Assembly: GCA_951406725.2 (NCBI GenBank)
Contig: OX597837.1
Span: 13,702,001 to 13,766,000, forward strand
Reading direction: 5' to 3'
Length of the DNA stretch: 64,000 nucleotides
Origin: Octopus vulgaris
Lineage: Eukaryota
This document shows, one piece after another, positions 57,271 through 64,000 of this stretch (the stretch's first letter is position 1; every line of letters begins with the position of its first letter). Below the pieces are notes generated by a model. It was not told the DNA's origin, ran no database searches, and saw only the letters and a list, made by a program, of their open reading frames with translations. The position numbers were made by a program, and so were the translations under genes.

Positions 57271-57362
57271 AGGGAATATTATTCCAAACTTACAGGGGAA
57301 AATTCAATTTAGAAATACTAAATCAAATTTCACAAAATATAATATATATATATATATATATA

Positions 57363-57496
57363 TATAAATTAGAAAAAAAAACCACCTTTTATCAATTCAA
57401 CATATTTAATTTTTTCTACACGATGTAATTTTTTTCTATATGGTCTAATTTAATTTTTTCATTGTTGAATTGATAAAAGGTGTTTTTTTTCTAATT

Positions 57497-57502
<6 letters not shown>
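57363..57502. mobile_element. Short hairpin element in (TA)n
   Basis: AAATTAGAAAA..CACCTTTTATCAATTCAACA versus TGTTGAATTGATAAAAGGTG..TTTTCTAATTT. Confidence 0.75.
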
Positions 57503-57546
<44 letters not shown>

Positions 57547-57553
57547 GAGGGGT

Positions 57554-57778
57554 TTAGAAAATTACTATTCGTAAATCTCACAACATGAGATATTCAGCAA
57601 CAGTACTTTTGGAGTCAAGATTGTTTGCCAACATAACATGGAAGTCTTGGTTTAGGACGAATGTTGCTGTAATTTAGCCCCAGGAGACATCATCTCCAGC
57701 TGGCTATACGACACGATCTGCATCCTTATATTTTCAAAGAAATGCATTTAGCACCCCCACCACTCAGCTCAAAACAAT
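57554..57778 (-). mobile_element. Second, 5'-truncated copy of the 33793 element
   Basis: High identity to 33794-34015. Stops 7 nt short of the predicted ribozyme cut. Confidence 0.9.
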
Positions 57779-58326
57779 GTTACCCGAGCATCCCACCGGA
57801 TTACACATTTCATTGAAAACACTTTAAAATTCTTCCAAAAAACATCATAGGGAAAGATTTCACTGCTTTCAACCAAATCTGGGTTCTGGAACAGACTACT
57901 ACTACTACTGCTACTGTTGCTGCTGCTGCTACTGCTGCTGCTGCTACTGCTGGTGGTGGTTCAGATGCTGCTGGTGCTACTACTAATAATAATCTTTTCT
58001 ACTATAGGCGCAAGGCCTGAAATTTGGGGGCAAGGTGCTAGTCAGTAACATTGACCCCAGCATTCAACAGTTACTTATTTTATCAACCCCCGAAAGGATG
58101 AAAGGCAAAGCCACCCTCTGCAGAATTTGAACTCGGGATGTAAGAAACACTGCTAAGCATTTTGTCTGGTAGAGTAACGATTCCGTCAGCTTGCCACCTT
58201 AATGATAACAATGGTGATGATGATGATGACTCACAACGAAACATAATGTCACAATTAAACTCACGTTACAACGTAAATAGGCCACACACCCCCACACACA
58301 CCAACACACACACATTACCAGGCCAA

Positions 58327-58368
<42 letters not shown>

Positions 58369-58411
58369 ATATATATAAATATATATATATAAATAAATAC
58401 ATATATATATA

Positions 58412-58480
<69 letters not shown>

Positions 58481-60044
58481 CATATATATATATATATATA
58501 TATCTCTTATGAAACAGTACTAGTCCTGTAGAAGCTCCTTCTATATAATAAATTAATTTTACTCTGCTATGTATTGAATACTTACTGTGGTTAACCCGAA
58601 TCAACCCGGGACCTACATATATATATATATATATATATAAATATATAAATAAATATATATATATATATAGATAGATAGATATATACACGCCACCTCCTAC
58701 TACCCAGACACCACCTTCTACTCCCCATACCTAACCACCGGCACCACAAAATAAACATCTTCATTGAGGCCACCCCCCCCCCTATTATCATAACATCGAA
58801 AAAAGCACATCAACAATGAAACTAAAAATGCTTTCCCAGAACCTCAGAAGGGATCCCGTGGACCCAGTTTTACCAAGAAACAGAATCAAGGTTTTCCAGA
58901 ATCTCAACGAGAATACACAAAAGCTAACACAGACGCTACCAGTATACGACGCTCTCGAATATTCTAGAAAGACTGTTATGATATCACTAGATAAACACTG
59001 CCCCTCCCCTCCAAATGACAACACAGAATCAAACCCCTGAACTCGGCCGTCAAACTATTCATGGACCAAAGAGAAGATACAGGAGGCTTCCAATAACAAG
59101 CAACAAAGACAAAAAAAACATCTTCTATTGGGCACAGGCATGGCTGTGTGGTCAAGCAGTATGCTTTGTAACCATGAGAGTTCAGGTTCAGTCTCGCTGT
59201 GCAGCAATGAGCCAATTGTTTTTTTTTCAGTAGCCCCAGGTTGACTGGTACCTTGTGAGTGAATTTGGTAGATTCATTCTTCCTCTTCTTTTCCTTCTTC
59301 CTCTTCTTTTCCTTCTTCCTCTTCTCCTTCTTCTTCTATTATAGCTTTGGGCTAGTCAAAGGCTTGTGAGTTGATTTGGTAGATGGAAACTGAAAGAAGC
59401 CCGTCGTATATACATATGTGTGTGTGTCTGTGTTTGTCATCCCATGTACCCACTTCTTCACAACCAACGTTGGTTTGTTTACATCCCTGTAACTTGGCTG
59501 TTCAGCGCAAAGAACCGATAGAATAAGTAGCCAGACTTTAAAAATAAACAAGCACTGGAGATGATTTATTTGACCAAAACCTCTCCAAGGCAGTTCTCCA
59601 GCAGGGCCACATTCCAATGACTGAAAGAAGCAAAAGACAAATGGTAAAAGATCTCCAGACATTTAGACATATATAAGAACACCCCCAGCAAGCATCAAAG
59701 GTCTCAAACTGGCCCCAAACACTGTGTTGGGACGGACACGTGGTCAAGTGAAAAGAAACCAATTCCCCTCCCATGGCCACCACAAGAAACCATGGTCAGA
59801 CAATCGACTTGAAAACGGGGTGAGTAACTTGCCTAAGAGTGTTACACCCATATGAATCATTGCTGTGTGTTGATGTTGAAGTATGCAGTGAGGTTGTTAT
59901 TCAGCGAGAGGCATCGGTGAAGGGTGGAAAAGCACAGACCCATGACTCATGGTTAGTTGTTTGTTTGAGTAATGTGCACATTGTATGTTTGGTCAAGCAG
60001 GGCTGGAGGGGGGGTGCAGTTGGACAACAACAACAGCAAGAATG

Positions 60045-60348
60045 GGAGGAGAAGAGGAATGAGAGAAAAGTGGAGGAGGAGGAGGGGGATGAGGAGGAAG
60101 AAGGAGGAGGAGGAGAGGAAGAAGAAGGAGAAGAAGAAAAGGAAGGAGACAAATGAGGAAGACAAATGAAGAAGAAAAAGGAAGAGGAGGAGGAGGAGAA
60201 GAAGAAGAAGAAAGAGAAGAAGAAAGAGAAGAAGAAGGAGAAGAAGAAAGAGAAGAAGAAGAAAAGGAAGGAGACAAACGAGGAAGACAAATGAAGAAGA
60301 AAAAGGAGGAGGAGGGAGGAGAGGAAGAAGTCAAATGAGGAAGAAGAA
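60045..60348. repeat. (GAA/GAG)n polypurine tract with internal duplication
   Basis: Direct reading. Confidence 0.9.
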
Positions 60349-61149
60349 GCCTTCTTGTCTTAACATTGTGTGTGACTGTTGTAAATGAATATCCTTCATT
60401 TCCAATACTCTGTGAAAACATGTCTGGCCATGGAGCAGTATTACCTTACTTGGACATAGGTAAGTGTTGGTAACAGGAAGGGCATCCAGCTGTAGAGAAT
60501 CTGCCTCAGTAAACTCCATCCGACCCATTCGAGTATGGAAAAGCGAATGTTACAATGAAGATGATGATGATGATGATGATGGTAAACAAAAGACATGAAA
60601 TTTCAGAGGAGGGAGGGGGGTGAGTCAATTAAACTGACTCCAGTACTTGGCTGGCGATTTATTTTAATGACTCCACACGGATGAAAGGCAAGCTTGACCT
60701 CAGCAGAATTTGAACTCAGAACGCAAAGCACCAGAACAAACACAGCAAGGGATCTTGTCCGACACTGTGACACTCCCACCACTCCCCTGTCCTAACGACA
60801 ACAATAATAACGACGATGATATTGATTTATCGTGATATCATGCTCGTTATGTCTCAGATCTTTTTACCTAGATTCCACTGGCTATTTATAAATACATATC
60901 AACACAACGTACCGTTGACCACTGCTTGAAATCCTAAAGCCTAAATTCTCCTCACGAGATTTAATTATCTCATTATACTGCCTAATTTCACACTCCAATT
61001 ATACAACCTAGATTTTCACTGGCCAAATTTCCTGGCAGAGTTGGCTGTAAAAATTGTATTGATGATTGTTGAAGCTCAATAAAAGCAAATCATTCGAACA
61101 TTTTGAAACTGGAAGTAGCTTAATGAATGAAATCGTTAATTAACAATAT

Positions 61150-61646
61150 TCCTTTCTATTACAGGCACAAGACCTGAAATTTTCAGGGAAGGAGCTAGGT
61201 GATGACATCAACCCGCCCCCTCCCAGTGCTCATCATCATCATCGTTTAACGTCCGTTTTCCATGCTAGCATGGGTTGGACGGTTCGACTGGGGTCTGGGA
61301 AGCCAGGAGGTCGCACCACACACCAGGCTCCAGTCTGATCTGGCAGTGTTTCTACAGCTGGATGCCCTTCCTAACACCAACCACTCCATGAGTGTAGTGG
61401 GTGCTTTTTACGTGCCACCGGCACAGGGGCCAGGGGAGGCTGGCAGTGGCCACGATCAGTTGGTGCTTTTTACGTGCCACCAGAGGAGGCTGGCAAACGG
61501 CCACGATCGGTTGATGCTTTTACATCCCAAAAGGATAAAAAGCAAAGTCAACCCTGGTGGAATTTGAACTCAGAACATAAAGACAGACGAAAAGCTGTTA
61601 AGCATTTTGCCTGATGTGCTAACGATTCTGCCAACTTGCCTCCTTA
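61150..61646 (-). mobile_element. SINE group B interrupted by a (GAT)n-tailed element (61231-61520)
   Basis: Group B tail at 61150-61230, core and head resume at 61525. Confidence 0.8.
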
Positions 61647-62474
61647 ATTGTTAACAAGGAATTCCAACCATGTTTATTAATTAAAGCTAAATTTTATTAT
61701 TAAGTTACAACATGAGAATTTTTAAATATGAAGTCTGCAAAAGATTAATAAACAGATAAACAAGATTTACTCAAATCTTCAAATATTTTTGTGGAATTAT
61801 TTAATCTTTAAAACGTCTGAACAACAGATTAAGACATTTGTGCACATCATAAAGGTGAAGGCAAATGGCGTAGGAGCTAAGGTGTTGCATTCACAATCTT
61901 ATGACCATGGTTTCAATTCCCAGACCAGGTAGTGCGTTGTGCTCTTGAGCGAAACATTTCATTTCATGTTGTTCCAGTCCATTCGAGTGTGGAGGCACAT
62001 GGTTACAGCGTCGGACTCATGGTTGTAAGATTGTGGTTTCAATTCCTGGACTGGGCAATGCAGTGTGTTTTTGAGCAAAACACTTCATTTCACTCAGCTG
62101 GCAAAAAATGAAGAATCCTGCAATGGACCAGCGTCCTGTACGGGTGGGGTTATTTATATGCCACAGAGACCAAGAAACCGGTCCTTATGAATCGACATGA
62201 TTCAAGAAGGTAACTTTGAGGTTTTTCTAACCCAGCCGTAAATGAGTTCCGTCAATTGCTGGAGAGTAAACCTTGTGACAGACTGGCACCCCATCCAGTG
62301 GGTATGTGTAATCTCAGTCATCTATATGTTAAGCTCTGGTTTTGAGTGTCCTACGACTCATGGATACAGCCTGGTCTGGGAACTGAACTCATAACCTCAT
62401 GATTTTGGGCCCGACGCTCTAAGGCCATTAATAAATTACACACACACGCATAAGTATGTGTGTGTGTATGGTAT

Positions 62475-62886
62475 GGGTGCAGTAGTGGCTGTGTGGTAAG
62501 TAGCTTGTTTACCAACCACATGGTTCCGGGTTCAGTCCCATTGCGTGGCACCTTGGGCAAGTGTCTTCTACTATAGCCTCGGGCCGACCAATGCCTTGTG
62601 AGTGGATTTGGTAGACAGAAACTGAAAGAAGCCTGTCGTATATATATGTATATATATGCATGTGTGTGTTTGTGTTTGTCCCCCTAGCATTGCTTGACAA
62701 CCGATGTTGGTATGTTTATGTCCCCGTTACTTAGCGGTTCGGCAAAAGAGACCGATAGAATAAGTACTGGGCTTACAAAAGAATAAGTCCCGGGGTCGAG
62801 TTGCTCGATTAAAGGCGGTGCTCCAGCATGGCCGCAGTCAAATGACTGAAACAAGTAAAAGAGTAAAAAGAGAGAGAGTAAAAGAG
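62475..62886 (+). mobile_element. SINE group A, full-length reference copy
   Basis: A-box TGGCTGTGTGG, B-box GGTTCAGTCCC, CORE-like CCTTGGGCAAGTG, internal microsatellite, tail GGTGCTCCAGCATGGCC..CTGAAAC and (GTAAAAGA)n. Confidence 0.9.
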
Positions 62887-63035
62887 TGTGTGTGTGTGTA
62901 TGTGTGTGGGTGTAATAATGTTCTATAAAAACCCATGACTAACTAATTACAGTCTCGTTAAGTAATTAAAGTTAAAACAACAACAACGACAACAAGAACA
63001 ACAACAACACTTGAAAGATTGTTAGTTTGAGTTAC

Positions 63036-63363
63036 CTGAAGGCAGTTTGCTAAAAGCGACGTCCGCAGGGAGGAGGGTGTTGGCTGCCGTTGTTACTCGA
63101 AACGGTAACAAATGCATCGTGCTGTTTGGTATTATGACAGCCAACAAAGCGGTTGTGGGATGCGTTGGTAAGAAGTGCAGCAGATGACCAACTTTGAAAG
63201 CTGCCATGACAAAGATTTGGTGATGATGATGAACACTGTCCACACAGACGACAGAGGAGGAGGAGGGATAGGAGGCAACGGCGGCGGCGATGGCAGGGGA
63301 ATTGAACGAAAGAGCAGCATTAAAGAACACAAGAACTTCACTGGCACCGGCTGTAAATGGCAC
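63036..63363 (-). CDS. Candidate first coding exon with hydrophobic N-terminal segments, product unknown
   Basis: ATG at 63363, 109 codons, good phase-1 donor CAG|GTAAC at 63036/63035. CpG-retaining unique sequence extends to the window end. Confidence 0.4.
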
Positions 63364-64000
63364 TCAAAGACAAATATGGCAGCAGAAAACAAGACATCTG
63401 TCGCAGATAAGTTGGAAAAAAACCTTCAAAGTTGATTAAATATGTTGTTGTTTGTATTTGTTTTTTGTTGTTTCAAGCCTTGGTCTTCCTTTTCTTTTGT
63501 TGTTTTTTTTTTTTTGGTTGGGGATGTAAAACTTTTGTGGTTTTCTTTTTGTTTTTATAAGTTCACTTTTTTTGGGGTTTTGGTAATTTTTTTTTGTTTG
63601 GTTTCGAAGCTGCAGGGGAAGAGAAGATGAAGCTAAAAGTGATAAAAAGTCATATATGTCTGTGTGAACGCAGTGCCATCCCAGCCCACAGCGAAGAGGG
63701 GTTGCGGTGAGGCACTCACCTTTACTTCACCACGACTTAAATGAAAAGAGCGATCATGTCTGTGTTTGAAGTTACACTGAGAAGTCGTACTCACGTGAGG
63801 CTTTAATGAGTGACTTCACCCCCCGAGACTTGAAGCTAAATGACCAGAGGTAAGCATTACTAAACAGCACCCAGGTGACAACGGAAAGCAATGCAATGGA
63901 ATGCAAATAATAGGTGGGTGATGGTGGTGGCGACGGTGGTGACGATGGAGTCGGTGGTGGTGGTGGTCGAGGGGGAAGAAAGTGAGAGAGTGCAGGAGCG

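Noticed and set aside
58690-59100. Short ORFs in a C/A-rich segment
   Set aside because: No recognisable motif. Probably a TE fragment inside TA tracts.
59839-60421. Glu/Lys-rich and Ser/Phe-rich ORFs
   Set aside because: Polypurine low-complexity tract with no splice or domain support.

Overview
AT-rich, microsatellite- and SINE-saturated eukaryotic DNA. The repeat families resemble those of octopod cephalopods (inferred from memory, not searched). It looks like intronic or intergenic sequence, possibly large introns of a minus-strand gene with two candidate phase-1 first exons (63363-63036 and 951-525). There is no intact recognisable gene. Recognisable coding relics are a 5'-truncated CR1-type LINE RT (14527-15387), a second LINE 3' end (29.9-30.3 kb) and a decayed DD37D (maT) transposase (41.3-42.1 kb). 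Other elements: four tRNA-derived/modular SINE groups, TTAA piggyBac-type MITEs, a Helentron-type element, a 1.7-kb 26-bp minisatellite inside an inverted duplication, and a 1.13-kb (TA)n. The most notable signal is a set of small non-coding elements carrying minimal type-I hammerhead ribozyme motifs with self-complementary stem III (Penelope/retrozyme-like). The best has an intact core at 34017-34061 (-), inside a ~368-bp insertion with a 14-nt terminal redundancy and a 6-bp TSD. Nearly all long ORFs in the track are repeat artefacts. All alignments and counts were made by eye.
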